From the NCBI GenBank assembly GCA_017848335.1, contig JAGDAX010000141.1, positions 5,558 to 69,557 on the forward strand: a DNA stretch of 64,000 nt, read 5' to 3'. The DNA comes from Clostridia bacterium (GTDB lineage Bacteria > Bacillota > Clostridia > UBA1212). This document shows, piece after piece, positions 36,691 through 46,730 of the stretch (the first letter of the stretch is position 1; the number at the start of each line of letters is the position of its first letter). A program made the translations under genes and the position numbers. The notes under the pieces were generated by a model. The model was not told the DNA's origin. It saw only the letters and a list, made by a program, of their open reading frames with translations, and made no database searches.

Positions 36691-36957
36691 ATGAGACGCA
36701 GCATCAATTGCAAAAAAATAGCGGATCTGAAGGAATTTTACACTGTGATCGCGAAGAAGATGAAATTCCCGGAGTGGTTCGGGTTTAATCTTGACGCGCT
36801 GAACGACGTGCTGGGAGACGTTCCGGGCGGAACGGTGCTGGTGCTGAAGAACTTTGACGTCATGGCCGGGAAGGTCGGGCCCAAGGCGGAGACCCTCAGG
36901 AGCGTGCTTCAAAACGCCGCCGACGAGAACCCGGGGCTCACGGTGAAGTTTCTGTGA
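36691..36957 (+). CDS. Barstar-family barnase inhibitor (immunity protein)
   Basis: FPEWFGFNLDALNDVLGDVPGGTVLVLKNFD aligns with barstar [32 protein letters not shown]. RBS gaaggaga. The ORF-track ORF 36391-36957 contains it in frame. Confidence 0.7.
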   Translation: MRRSINCKKIADLKEFYTVIAKKMKFPEWFGFNLDALNDVLGDVPGGTVLVLKNFDVMAGKVGPKAETLRSVLQNAADENPGLTVKFL

Positions 36958-36964
36958 GGCACAG

Positions 36965-37060
36965 CCGGCCCTGAGATCTGCCAAGGATCTCCCGAAGGCT
37001 TCCCCGGGATTTCCCGAAGATCTCCCCGAGATTTCCCGAAGATCTCCCCGGTAATTTTTG
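36965..37060. repeat. Tandem repeat (gatttcccgaagatctcccc units)
   Basis: ggatctcccgaaggcttccccgggatttcccgaagatctccccgagatttcccgaagatctcccc. Confidence 0.6.
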
Positions 37061-37159
37061 CGTCTGCCGTATTGTAAAAAAGCGGTTATGGTAGTAAAAT
37101 AACTTTTTGTGAGTTTCGGTCGGGAAGTGCTTATTGCGGCGCTTTTGAGACCTTTATGA

Positions 37160-38185
<1,026 letters not shown>

Positions 38186-38269
38186 GGCTCAGGCAAGGCA
38201 AGGCTCAGAGAAGCTAAGGCAGAGAGAGGGTAAGGCTCAGGCAGGGCATGACCCGGAGAGGGTAACCCT

Positions 38270-38350
38270 CGCAGCAGCGTTACATATTTACGGACTCAGC
38301 TCCGGGAAGAGGAAATTTACGGACTCAGCTCCGGGAAGAGGAAATAACGG
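38270..38350. repeat. 31-bp direct repeat x2 (atttacggactcagctccgggaagaggaaat) in the pta-ackA spacer, preceded by aaggctcag repeats (38190-38260)
   Basis: Direct inspection. Confidence 0.65.
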
Positions 38351-38375
38351 GCCCGGGTCCGGGAAAGAGGTAAAA

Positions 38376-39566
38376 ATGAAAATTCTTGTCATAAACTGCG
38401 GCAGCTCATCGCTCAAATATCAGCTGATCGACATGGAAAACGAGGAAGTCCTGGCGAAGGGCCTCTGCGAAAGAATAGGAATCAACGATTCAGTGCTGAA
38501 TCACACCCCGGGCGGCCGCGACAAGGTCGTCATCAAGGTGGACCTGCCCAACCATGAGGTCGCCATCCGCGAGGTCATCAAGGCTCTCACCGACAGCGAA
38601 ATCGGCGTCATCAAGGATCTGTCGGAGATCTCCGCGGTAGGTCACCGCGTGGTTCACGGCGGCGAGAAATTCGCGGGCTCCGTGCCGGTCACAGAGGCGG
38701 TCATGAAGGCTCTTAACGAGTGCACACCGCTGGCGCCGCTTCACAATCCGCCCAACATTATCGGTATTGAAGCCGTTACGGCAGGAATGCCGGGAATCCC
38801 CCAGGTCGGCGTGTTCGACACAGCGTTCCACCAGTCCATGCCGGAGAAGGCTTACATGTACGCGCTGCCATATGAGCTTTACGAGAAGTTCGGCATCAGG
38901 AAGTACGGCTTCCACGTCACCTCCCACAAATTCGTGGCCGAGCGCTGCGCCGAGCTTATGGGCAAGGACGTTTCCGAGCTCAAGATAATCACGCTTCACA
39001 TCGGCAGCGGTGCCAGCATTGCCGCGGTCATGAACGGCAAGTGCGTTGACACGTCCATGGGCTTCACGCCTCTTGACGGTCTTGTGATGGGCACAAGGTG
39101 CGGCAAGATCGACCCCGCGGTTATTACGTTCCTTCTCAAGCACGGCTACGACGCAAAAGAGGTGGATTCGATCCTCAACAAGCAGTCCGGCGTGCTGGGC
39201 GTCAGCGGCGTTTCGGCCGACACCAGAGACGTCTGGGCAGCCGCCGACAACGGCAACCGCAGAGCGGCCCTCGCGCGCGATATGTTCGTCTACAGGATCA
39301 AGGCTTACATCGGCGAATACATGGCTGCCATGAACGGTGCGGACGCAATCGTCTTTACGGCAGGCTGCGGTGAGAATGATTCATACACCCGCGAGAAGGT
39401 CTGCGAGGATATGGACTTCTTCGGCATCAAGATGGATAAGACCAAGAACAACGTCCGCGGCCGCGAGGTGGATCTGTCTGCTGAGGATTCGAGGGTCAAG
39501 GTGTTCGTGATTCCCACCAATGAGGAGCTGGCGATCGCGAGAGAGACGAAGAGGCTCAGAGGTTAG
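38376..39566 (+). CDS. ackA: Acetate kinase
   Basis: [17 protein letters not shown] and ASKHP-type motifs, 396 aa. Confidence 0.92.
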   Translation: MKILVINCGSSSLKYQLIDMENEEVLAKGLCERIGINDSVLNHTPGGRDKVVIKVDLPNHEVAIREVIKALTDSEIGVIKDLSEISAVGHRVVHGGEKFAGSVPVTEAVMKALNECTPLAPLHNPPNIIGIEAVTAGMPGIPQVGVFDTAFHQSMPEKAYMYALPYELYEKFGIRKYGFHVTSHKFVAERCAELMGKDVSELKIITLHIGSGASIAAVMNGKCVDTSMGFTPLDGLVMGTRCGKIDPAVITFLLKHGYDAKEVDSILNKQSGVLGVSGVSADTRDVWAAADNGNRRAALARDMFVYRIKAYIGEYMAAMNGADAIVFTAGCGENDSYTREKVCEDMDFFGIKMDKTKNNVRGREVDLSAEDSRVKVFVIPTNEELAIARETKRLRG

Positions 39567-39596
39567 GAGTGCCGGGAACAGGCCGGAGGCCGGCGC

Positions 39597-39665
39597 GCAT
39601 TCCGCACGGGTTATGGGCTTAGAGTTATGGGACTTGAGTTATGGGACTCGAGTTATGAGACTTGA
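39597..39665. repeat. Mosaic repeat, reverse orientation (cgcgcattccgcacg + gttatggg x4)
   Basis: Reverse complement of the cccataac..cacgcggaacgcgcg arrangement at 8200-8245. Confidence 0.65.
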
Positions 39666-39877
39666 GTCGCGGGGCGATAGTACCGAAGCACTGCGCGGCG
39701 GCTGCAAAAATACAATTATAAACAGAGCAGGCAAAGTAACTGCACGCCGCAGGGGATGGGAGTATAGCCCCTGCGGCACCGGTTTGCTCCGGTGGACTGG
39801 CTTTGCTTCATCCGCTGTAAAACGTTTACACAGATGTTTGCTCTTTTCATTGACTTTTATGAAACGGAGCTTTTTTT

Positions 39878-40432
39878 ATGAAAAAATTAAGCTTGAATTC
39901 CTGGAAAGCCTGGGTATTCACGGCAGCTCTTGCCGCGCTTTCCATTATCCTGACGAGGTTTGCAAGCATCAACATCGGAACCACCGTCCGCATAGGGTTT
40001 GGCAGGCTTCCGATAATGCTGGCTTCTGCGTGGTTCGGACCGGTTCTCGGGGCGATTTGCGGCGGCGCGGCGGATATTATCGGGGCGCTCATGAGCACCG
40101 GCTGGAATCCTCTTCTGACGGTTCCGGCGGTCGTCTGCGGCATCATTCCGTTCTTCCTTTTCTGGGCCTTCCGGGTCCGCAGCACGGTTTCCGGCAAAAA
40201 GGAGATTCGCGCCAATATATTCAAGGTCGGGGCCTCGGTGGTCATCACCAAGGTCATTACCCAGGGCATCATTATGACGCTGCTGCTGGCGTACGTGTTC
40301 AAGCAGACCCCTGTGCAGCTGATGACGTCGCTGGGGATCAGGAATCTCATCACCGTTGGCGAAGCGATCGTCGAGACCGCCGCCATTTACATGCTTTACA
40401 CAAACAAAGCCATCAACCGGATCATACGTTGA
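39878..40432 (+). CDS. folT: ECF-transporter S component, folate family (FolT-like)
   Basis: About 184 aa, 5-6 TM helices. Sits immediately upstream of folC, the usual context. Confidence 0.6.
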   Translation: MKKLSLNSWKAWVFTAALAALSIILTRFASINIGTTVRIGFGRLPIMLASAWFGPVLGAICGGAADIIGALMSTGWNPLLTVPAVVCGIIPFFLFWAFRVRSTVSGKKEIRANIFKVGASVVITKVITQGIIMTLLLAYVFKQTPVQLMTSLGIRNLITVGEAIVETAAIYMLYTNKAINRIIR

Positions 40433-40487
40433 CGTGAGTCCGCGAGAATTTACGGGCACGCACAAAGACTTGACGAGGAGCGCAAAA

Positions 40488-42593
40488 ATGACAGTCAAAG
40501 AGGCGATGGCCTTCCTGTACGACGAAGGCAAAAATGTCAGCAGACCCGGGCTTGAGCGCATGAATGAGCTTCTGGAGAAGCTCGGCAGCCCGCAGCGGGA
40601 CTGCGCCTTTGTGCACGTCACGGGCACCAACGGGAAGGGCTCCTTTTGCCACATTCTCTCCGGAATAATGACGGCTGCGGGCTGCAGGACGGGCGTTTAC
40701 ACGTCTCCCGCGCTGACAGACATTTACGAGCGCATCGTGATTGACGGGAAAAGCATAACGCCCCGAAGGCTGGCGGGTCTGGTATCGGCGATCAAAGACG
40801 CCGCGGCGACCATGGAGGACGTGCCCACCAGATTCGAGCTGGAGACCGCGCTGGCGTTCCTGTATTTTGCCCGCGAGAAGTGCGACCTTGTGATACTCGA
40901 GGTCGGCATGGGCGGCGCTCTCGACGCCACGAACGTGCTTCAAAGCAACGTGTTGTCGGTCATCATGAATATCAGCCTCGACCATACGCGGGAGCTGGGC
41001 GCCACGGTGCAGGAGATCGCCGCGGTCAAATCGGGGATCATTAAAAGCGGCTCGCCCTGCGTTTTTTACGGCGAGGACCGTGAAGCGCTTCCCGTGATCC
41101 GCGAGAAGTGCCTTGCCGGGAATTCAGAGCTTGTGGTGCCCGACAGAAATTGCCTTAAAACAGGCAAAATCACGCCCGCGGGCTCAAGCTTTTCGTATAA
41201 GCGTTGGCAGGATATTTTCCTGCCGCTCACCGGAAAATACCAGATTTTCAACGCGGTCACCGTTCTGGAGGCGCTGGACGTATTGGCGCGAAGAGGCTTT
41301 CCGGTGGAGGCGGAAAAAGTCAGGGACTCCTTCGCGAAGCTGCCTCCCATAAGGGGCCGGTTTGAGATCGTCCGCAGGGAGCCGTACGTCATATACGACG
41401 GGGCGCACAATCCGGGCGGCTTCGAGGCGCTGTTCGATAGCCTCCGGGAGGTGTTCGGGAGCTTTAAGGCCATCGTCATAATGGGAGTTATGCGCGACAA
41501 GGATTACACCCGATGCCTCAGGATCGCCGCGCCGCACGTGAAGAAGCTCTACGCGGTCACGCCCGACAATAAACGGTCTCTCAAAGGTGAGGCTCTTGCC
41601 GAATGCGCCCGCAAGGCCGGTATTGACGCGGAAGCGCTTGCCGCGCCGGAGAAGCTTCTCCTAAAAGAGGTGAAAAAAGCGGCCAAAGATGATATAATCC
41701 TGATTTGCGGCTCGCTTTATCTTTACAGGGACGCCGCGAGGTGGATCAAGGCGGTCAAGGCTGAGAGGGTCGTCAAGGCTGAGAGGGTCGTCAAGGCCGC
41801 GAAGTCCGTCAAGGCCGCGAAGTCGCCTGACGCCGGGGCCGGAAAAGATTTGAACAACGAAGCAAAGGAAAAGAAAATGATCACGATTGCGATTGACGGG
41901 CCCAGCGGAGCGGGCAAAAGTACCGTGGCGAAGGCGCTCGCGAAGGAATTCAACATCGGCTACCTCGATACCGGGGCAATGTACCGGACGGCCGCGCTCT
42001 ACATGGACAGAAGGCTTCCGACGCTTGCGGCGGAGGTGGCGGAGGGCGCCATTCACGAGGAGACGCAGAAGGCGATCGTCGGGCTGCTTGACGGCGCGGA
42101 CATCAGAGTTTTGTATGACGAAAACAGTGTGCAGCATATGTACATCGGCGACGAGGACGTGTCAGGACTGATAAGAACACCCGTGATTTCAATGGAGGCC
42201 TCGAAGGTTTCCGCGATACCGGAGGTGCGGGTTTTCCTTGTGGATATGCAGCGCAAGATCGGCGAGACCACGAGCGTTGTAATGGACGGACGGGACATCG
42301 GCACACACGTGATGCCCGGCGCCACCGTCAAGATATACCTCACGGCTTCGGCTGAGGAACGCGCCCGCAGGAGATATCTGGAGCTTATCGAGAAGAACCC
42401 GGACACGGTGTACGAGGACGTGCTCAAGGACATCGTCGACAGGGACTACGGCGATTCGCACAGGGCGGTGTCGCCGCTAAGGCAGGCCGGGGACGCGGTG
42501 CTGCTTGACACCACGGAGCTGTCGCTGGAGGAGTCGATTGCCGCGGCAGTGAAAATCGTGAGAGACGTTGTTTCTCCGGGTGCCGGTCTGTAG
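40488..42593 (+). CDS. folC: Folylpolyglutamate synthase/dihydrofolate synthase FolC fused in frame to cytidylate kinase Cmk through a repeat-encoded KAERVVK/KAAKSVK linker
   Basis: FolC motifs (VHVTGTNGKGS, mur-ligase C-terminus ICGSLYL) continue without a stop into KAVKAERVVKAERVVKAAKSVKAAKS and then Cmk (MITIAIDGPSGAGKST). RBS gaggag lies before 40488. The ORF-track ORF starts earlier at 40356. Confidence 0.75.
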   Translation: MTVKEAMAFLYDEGKNVSRPGLERMNELLEKLGSPQRDCAFVHVTGTNGKGSFCHILSGIMTAAGCRTGVYTSPALTDIYERIVIDGKSITPRRLAGLVSAIKDAAATMEDVPTRFELETALAFLYFAREKCDLVILEVGMGGALDATNVLQSNVLSVIMNISLDHTRELGATVQEIAAVKSGIIKSGSPCVFYGEDREALPVIREKCLAGNSELVVPDRNCLKTGKITPAGSSFSYKRWQDIFLPLTGKYQIFNAVTVLEALDVLARRGFPVEAEKVRDSFAKLPPIRGRFEIVRREPYVIYDGAHNPGGFEALFDSLREVFGSFKAIVIMGVMRDKDYTRCLRIAAPHVKKLYAVTPDNKRSLKGEALAECARKAGIDAEALAAPEKLLLKEVKKAAKDDIILICGSLYLYRDAARWIKAVKAERVVKAERVVKAAKSVKAAKSPDAGAGKDLNNEAKEKKMITIAIDGPSGAGKSTVAKALAKEFNIGYLDTGAMYRTAALYMDRRLPTLAAEVAEGAIHEETQKAIVGLLDGADIRVLYDENSVQHMYIGDEDVSGLIRTPVISMEASKVSAIPEVRVFLVDMQRKIGETTSVVMDGRDIGTHVMPGATVKIYLTASAEERARRRYLELIEKNPDTVYEDVLKDIVDRDYGDSHRAVSPLRQAGDAVLLDTTELSLEESIAAAVKIVRDVVSPGAGL
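41877..42593 (+). CDS. cmk: Cytidylate kinase, possibly also translated independently from an internal ATG
   Basis: RBS aaaggaaaag directly upstream of ATG 41877. The 238-aa product is a complete Cmk (P-loop GPSGAGKST). Confidence 0.6.
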   Translation: MITIAIDGPSGAGKSTVAKALAKEFNIGYLDTGAMYRTAALYMDRRLPTLAAEVAEGAIHEETQKAIVGLLDGADIRVLYDENSVQHMYIGDEDVSGLIRTPVISMEASKVSAIPEVRVFLVDMQRKIGETTSVVMDGRDIGTHVMPGATVKIYLTASAEERARRRYLELIEKNPDTVYEDVLKDIVDRDYGDSHRAVSPLRQAGDAVLLDTTELSLEESIAAAVKIVRDVVSPGAGL

Positions 42594-42596
42594 CCT

Positions 42597-42690
42597 CTGC
42601 CCTTTCTCGGCACCGGCACTCACTTCCCATAACCGGAATCCCATAACTCGAATCCCATAACTCGAGTCCCATAACTCGAACCCCATCCCT
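42597..42690. repeat. Mosaic repeat (ctcggcaccggcactcac + ttcccataac / atcccataactcga x4)
   Basis: Direct inspection. Unit period ~14 nt. Confidence 0.7.
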
Positions 42691-42717
42691 CAAACTCTGA
42701 CACAAACGGAGGACCTC

Positions 42718-44961
42718 TTGAACGTTACCGTTGCGAAAACAGCAGGCTTCTGCTTCGGCGTGGACAACGCCGTCAAGTCTGCATTTGCTCTTGCTGAGAG
42801 CCCCGAATGCGCGGGCCGGAGGATTTTTACCTTCGGGCCGCTTATTCACAATGACGCTCTCGTCAAAAAGCTTGAAGAGATGAATATTCGAGTTATCGAA
42901 AGCCCTGACGAAGCGGAGCCCGGGGACGTGGTCATTATTCGCGCGCACGGTGTGCCGGAGGGGGTTATTGACGCGCTGGAGCAAAAAGGCGTGACGGTGA
43001 AGGACGCGACCTGCCCCTTTGTGAAGAAGATTCACGAGCTCGTGAAGCGCGAGCACGAGGCCGGGCGGCGGATCATCATTATCGGGGACGGGCAGCACCC
43101 TGAGGTGATCGGGATCAAAAGCCGCGGGGGAGAGGACACGGTCGTGATTTCGGACGTTCCGGAGAGTATTTCGGAGATAATTTGCGATAATTTTCACGAA
43201 AATATTTTTTCCTGCGTCGTACAAACCACATTTAACCGGAAAAAATACGAAAAAATCAGGAATTTCTTAAAAGAAACGCTTGACGAAATTCTTTTTTATG
43301 ATACTATATGCAATGCAACTTCCAAAAGGCAGGAAGAAGCGGAGTTTTTGGCGAAAAAAAGCGATTTTATGGTGGTAGTCGGCAGTCGCAAAAGCTCCAA
43401 TACGATCAAGCTTTTTGAGATCTGCAGGGACAACTGTCCCAATGCCGTTCTCATCGAAAGCGTTGCCGAGCTGGGAGAAGTGGATAGTAAATTTTTGGAA
43501 ATAGGTGTGACAGCGGGTGCATCGACGCCTGACTGGCTCATCGAGGAGGTTTTGTTAGTTATGGATGAAGTGAAATCGATCGAAAATGAAGTTATGACCG
43601 ATGAAGCTGTGGAAAATGCTGAGACAGTGGCAGAGACTGCAAGCGAGAATTTCGATGAAATGCTCAAAGACAGCCTTGTTACAGTCAGAAGCGGAGAAGT
43701 TGTTGAGAAGCCGATCATCAAGGTCGATGCCACCAGAGTTTACCTTGATTTAGGTTTTAAGTATGAAGGCTACATTGATATCAATGAGTTTGACGGCACA
43801 CCCGAGGTTGGGACAATGGTTAAAGCCTTTGTGGTGCACGTGAGCGACAGAGATTGCGAAGTTAAGCTTTCCAAGTCAAAGGTTGATAAAAATGTTGATC
43901 TTAATACCCTTGAAGAAGCATACCAGAACAAAACCCCTGTTACCGTTAAAGTAGTTAAAGCCACCGAGAGAGGCGTTATCGCGGCATACGGAACCGCGCA
44001 GCTTTACATTTCGGCTTCCAAGCTGGATCTTCGTTTCGTCAAGAAGACGGAGGAGAAGGTCGGCAATGAGCTGGAGGTCCTTATCACCAGATTCGGTCCC
44101 GACGAGAGGGGCAGGCTGAGGATCGGCGGCGACGCGAGAGTTATTCTCGAGGCCAAGAAGAAGGAGCAGGACGACGCCTTCTGGAACAGCCTTGAGGTTG
44201 GCAAGGAATACACCGGCAAGGTCAAGGGCATCACTAAGACCGGCTCCGCGGCGTTTGTTGAGTTAGAGCCCGGCTACGAGGGCCACCTTTCCTTCAGGGA
44301 AGCTTCCTGGAGAAGGATCACCGACGTCAACGAGGTCCTCAGGAAGGGCGACATGGTCACCGTTAAGGTGCTCAGCTTCGACCGCGAGAAGAACCACATT
44401 TCTCTCTCCGCCAAGAAGCCCGAGGACGACCCCTGGTTCGACGCCGAGAATAAATTCCAGGTTGGCGACATTCTGGACGTTACAGTCAGAAGATTCGCCA
44501 AGAGCAAGGAGCAGAAGGAATACGGTGTATTCGTGGACGTTGAGCCCGGCGTTACAGGACTCGTTCACATTTCCCATATTTCCAACAAGCGCATCAACAG
44601 CGCAGCCGACGTTCTCGAGATCGGCCAGGTCGTAAAGGCCCAGGTTCTCGCAGTGGACGTCGAGAACAAGAAACTCAGCCTCGGCATCAAGGAGGTCATG
44701 GCCTACGATCCGCCCGAGAAGCCTGAGGAGCTTGACGAGAACGGCAATCCTATCGTCAAGGAAAAGAAGGATAGACCTCGCAAAGAGCGCGCTGCCCGCA
44801 ATTCCGGAGAAGGCGCCGACGGTGAGAAGTTCGAAAGAAAGCCCAGAGCACCCCGCAAGCCCAAGGAGGAAGAGTTCCACGACGATATCACTCCTTCAGC
44901 TACATCTATTGCCGATCTGATCGGAGATCTTGACTTTGGCGAGGAGACACAGGACGAGTAA
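42718..44961 (+). CDS. ispH: Bifunctional 4-hydroxy-3-methylbut-2-enyl diphosphate reductase IspH fused to ribosomal protein S1 domains
   Basis: IspH motifs (GFCFGV, HNDALV, CPFV) followed by four S1 repeats and a basic/acidic tail. This fusion, next to cmk, is well known in Clostridia. TTG start with RBS ggagga. Confidence 0.85.
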   Translation: MNVTVAKTAGFCFGVDNAVKSAFALAESPECAGRRIFTFGPLIHNDALVKKLEEMNIRVIESPDEAEPGDVVIIRAHGVPEGVIDALEQKGVTVKDATCPFVKKIHELVKREHEAGRRIIIIGDGQHPEVIGIKSRGGEDTVVISDVPESISEIICDNFHENIFSCVVQTTFNRKKYEKIRNFLKETLDEILFYDTICNATSKRQEEAEFLAKKSDFMVVVGSRKSSNTIKLFEICRDNCPNAVLIESVAELGEVDSKFLEIGVTAGASTPDWLIEEVLLVMDEVKSIENEVMTDEAVENAETVAETASENFDEMLKDSLVTVRSGEVVEKPIIKVDATRVYLDLGFKYEGYIDINEFDGTPEVGTMVKAFVVHVSDRDCEVKLSKSKVDKNVDLNTLEEAYQNKTPVTVKVVKATERGVIAAYGTAQLYISASKLDLRFVKKTEEKVGNELEVLITRFGPDERGRLRIGGDARVILEAKKKEQDDAFWNSLEVGKEYTGKVKGITKTGSAAFVELEPGYEGHLSFREASWRRITDVNEVLRKGDMVTVKVLSFDREKNHISLSAKKPEDDPWFDAENKFQVGDILDVTVRRFAKSKEQKEYGVFVDVEPGVTGLVHISHISNKRINSAADVLEIGQVVKAQVLAVDVENKKLSLGIKEVMAYDPPEKPEELDENGNPIVKEKKDRPRKERAARNSGEGADGEKFERKPRAPRKPKEEEFHDDITPSATSIADLIGDLDFGEETQDE

Positions 44962-44971
44962 TTCCTTCGAC

Positions 44972-45052
44972 TGTCTGCAAAAGGCACCGGCAGATCAAGG
45001 GCACCTTACGGGGACTCTTCAATAGACTGGATCTGCCGGCACCTTTTTGCGT
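44972..45052 (+). terminator. Long-stem terminator after ispH-rpsA
   Basis: aaaggcaccggcagatc ... gatctgccggcacctttttgc. Confidence 0.5.
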
Positions 45053-45075
45053 GCCGTTAAAACGAGGTAACTTAT

Positions 45076-45390
45076 ATGAAGAAGAAAGAGTTAGTAGCTT
45101 ATATAGCCAAAAAGAGCGGCCATTCCCAGAAGGATTCCGAGATCATGCTGGATTGCATCTTTGAGGCAATTGCAGAGCTGGTAGCTGCCGGCGAGGAAGT
45201 ACAGGTCAACGGCTTCGGCGCTTTCGGCGCCAAGGATCGCGCCGCTCGCAGAAGCATTGATATCATGGCTATCCGCAACGAGCAAAAGAAGGCTATGATC
45301 GACGTGCCCGCCGCCAAAAAGGTTTATTTCAAGGTCGGCTCGACGCTCAAAAGGCGCGTGGATGATGCCTTCAAGGGCATTGAGGAGTGA
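45076..45390 (+). CDS. hup: HU-family DNA-binding protein
   Basis: KKELVAYIAKK...VQVNGFGAFG..RAAR HU/IHF fold signature. Confidence 0.85.
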   Translation: MKKKELVAYIAKKSGHSQKDSEIMLDCIFEAIAELVAAGEEVQVNGFGAFGAKDRAARRSIDIMAIRNEQKKAMIDVPAAKKVYFKVGSTLKRRVDDAFKGIEE

Positions 45391-45512
45391 TCGCGCAGGG
45401 ATCTATCATCAGGCTTCACCGGTCTTCATCCGGTCTTCGCGGGTCTTTGCGGACCCTTGCAGTCCTCGCGGCCTGCAAGCCCATGCAGAACCTGCCTTCT
45501 GAACCAACCTGC

Positions 45513-45541
45513 TTGAAAAAGCAAATTTTATTTGATATTAT
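45513..45541 (+). promoter_or_regulatory. sigma-A-like promoter (TTGAAA-17-TATTAT) for rpsT, with a 7-bp hairpin (atctgtc/gacagat) between it and the RBS
   Basis: ttgaaaaagcaaattttatttgatattat. Confidence 0.45.
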
Positions 45542-45583
45542 GCATCTGTCTTGAGGACAGATTTACATTTGGAGGTGAGTATA

Positions 45584-45850
45584 TTGCCGAATATAAAATC
45601 AGCTAAGAAAAGAGTTATCGTTTCTCAGACCAAAGCGAAGAGAAATGCTTCCGCCAAGTCCGCTCTCAGAACTTCTTTGAAGAAGGCACGCGTGGCAATC
45701 GCCAATGACGCGGAGAACAAGGACGAGGCTTTGAAGGCTGCCGGGATCAGTCTCGACAAGGCTGCTGCGAAGGGTCTTATTCATAAGAACAACGCTGCCC
45801 GTAAGAAATCCAGACTCGCAAAAGCTGCCAATGCCAAAGCTGAGGATTGA
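45584..45850 (+). CDS. rpsT: 30S ribosomal protein S20
   Basis: PNIKSAKKRV at the N-terminus. TTG start 7 nt after ggaggtga. The ORF-track ORF starts at 45551. Confidence 0.85.
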   Translation: MPNIKSAKKRVIVSQTKAKRNASAKSALRTSLKKARVAIANDAENKDEALKAAGISLDKAAAKGLIHKNNAARKKSRLAKAANAKAED

Positions 45851-45876
45851 TTTTGCACAACACTTAAGAGACGCGG

Positions 45877-45930
45877 CCGCGGGCTGCGCTGAAAAGGCAC
45901 GGCCGGCACAGTAAAGCCGGCCGCTTTTAA
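45877..45930 (+). terminator. Rho-independent terminator after rpsT
   Basis: ggcacggccggc-acagtaaa-gccggccgc followed by tttt. Confidence 0.55.
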
Positions 45931-45986
45931 GGTTTGGACTTTATCTTAAGCGCGGCCTGACACGGCCGCGGATCAAGGAGCTTGAT

Positions 45987-46178
45987 ATGGAGATCACAAG
46001 AAACGATAAGATAGGCGATATCCTTCAGATGAAGGACAACGCCGCCGACATTCTCATGGCCTGCGGAATGCATTGCGTATTCTGCCCCTCTGCCGCCAAC
46101 GAGACCCTCGAGGAGGCCTGCATGGTACACGGCATGGACGTGAGGAAGGTATTGGCGGAGCTTAATGCCGCTGAATAA
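45987..46178 (+). CDS. DUF1858-domain small protein (hybrid-cluster-protein-associated redox-disulfide-like domain)
   Basis: 63 aa. GMHCVFCP motif. RBS aaggagc. Confidence 0.55.
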   Translation: MEITRNDKIGDILQMKDNAADILMACGMHCVFCPSAANETLEEACMVHGMDVRKVLAELNAAE

Positions 46179-46220
46179 TATTCGCGGATACCTAAGCAAA
46201 AAGGTATACCGGTTGGCAGA

Positions 46221-46250
46221 TCGCCCCGCATTGACGGGGCTTTTTGTTTG
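46221..46250 (+). terminator. Rho-independent terminator
   Basis: gccccgcattgacggggc followed by tttttgtttg. Confidence 0.6.
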
Positions 46251-46423
46251 TGACGGGTACCCGGCACTCATCAAGCGACGACACTGTTGACGAAACCGCC
46301 TTTTTAATATACAATACACGAGCGCAAACCGGATCATTGCTGACTGACTTATAAACCAAATAGTTTGCAGGCGCAGATGCCCAAAGAGACCTGAAACCAA
46401 AGGCCGCCGAAGGATAAAACCGT

Positions 46424-46505
46424 TTGGCAGGACTTACGGGCAGGACTTACGGGCAAGACTTACGGGCAGGACTTACGGGCAGGACTTACGGACAGGACTT
46501 ACGGA
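46424..46505. repeat. 13-bp tandem repeat (caggacttacggg) x6, followed by acacg(a/g)tcaa x3
   Basis: Direct inspection. Upstream of the secreted-protein gene at 46731. Confidence 0.75.
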
Positions 46506-46730
46506 CTGGCGCAAGCGACAGGCTTCGCGGTCACGGTCAGACACGGTCAAACACGATCAAACACGATCAAACGACAGGCGCAAACGATAAGCTTTGGGTG
46601 AAAGCAAACGATCCGAATAATTGCGGCGCACCGGATTATCGCGGCATTTCCGGCCGGAGGGGACTTGTCGGGCAAGGAGCTTTGCGGGCCGCGCATGCTG
46701 TGCTAATAAAGACGATAAAGGAGAAAGGTT

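Noticed and set aside
39700-39877. Confident call of a THF riboswitch upstream of folT
   Set aside because: The motif order does not match the THF consensus from memory. It is kept only as a low-interest finding.
42424-43224. Minus-strand ORFs 42424-43224 and 42477-42686 and the + ORF beginning at 39520, encoding RVMGLELWDSSYG-like peptides
   Set aside because: These are translations of the cccataac/gttatggg mosaic repeat units, not genes.
42718-44961. IspH-S1 fusion as a novelty
   Set aside because: A bifunctional IspH/ribosomal-protein-S1 next to cmk is a well-known Clostridial arrangement.
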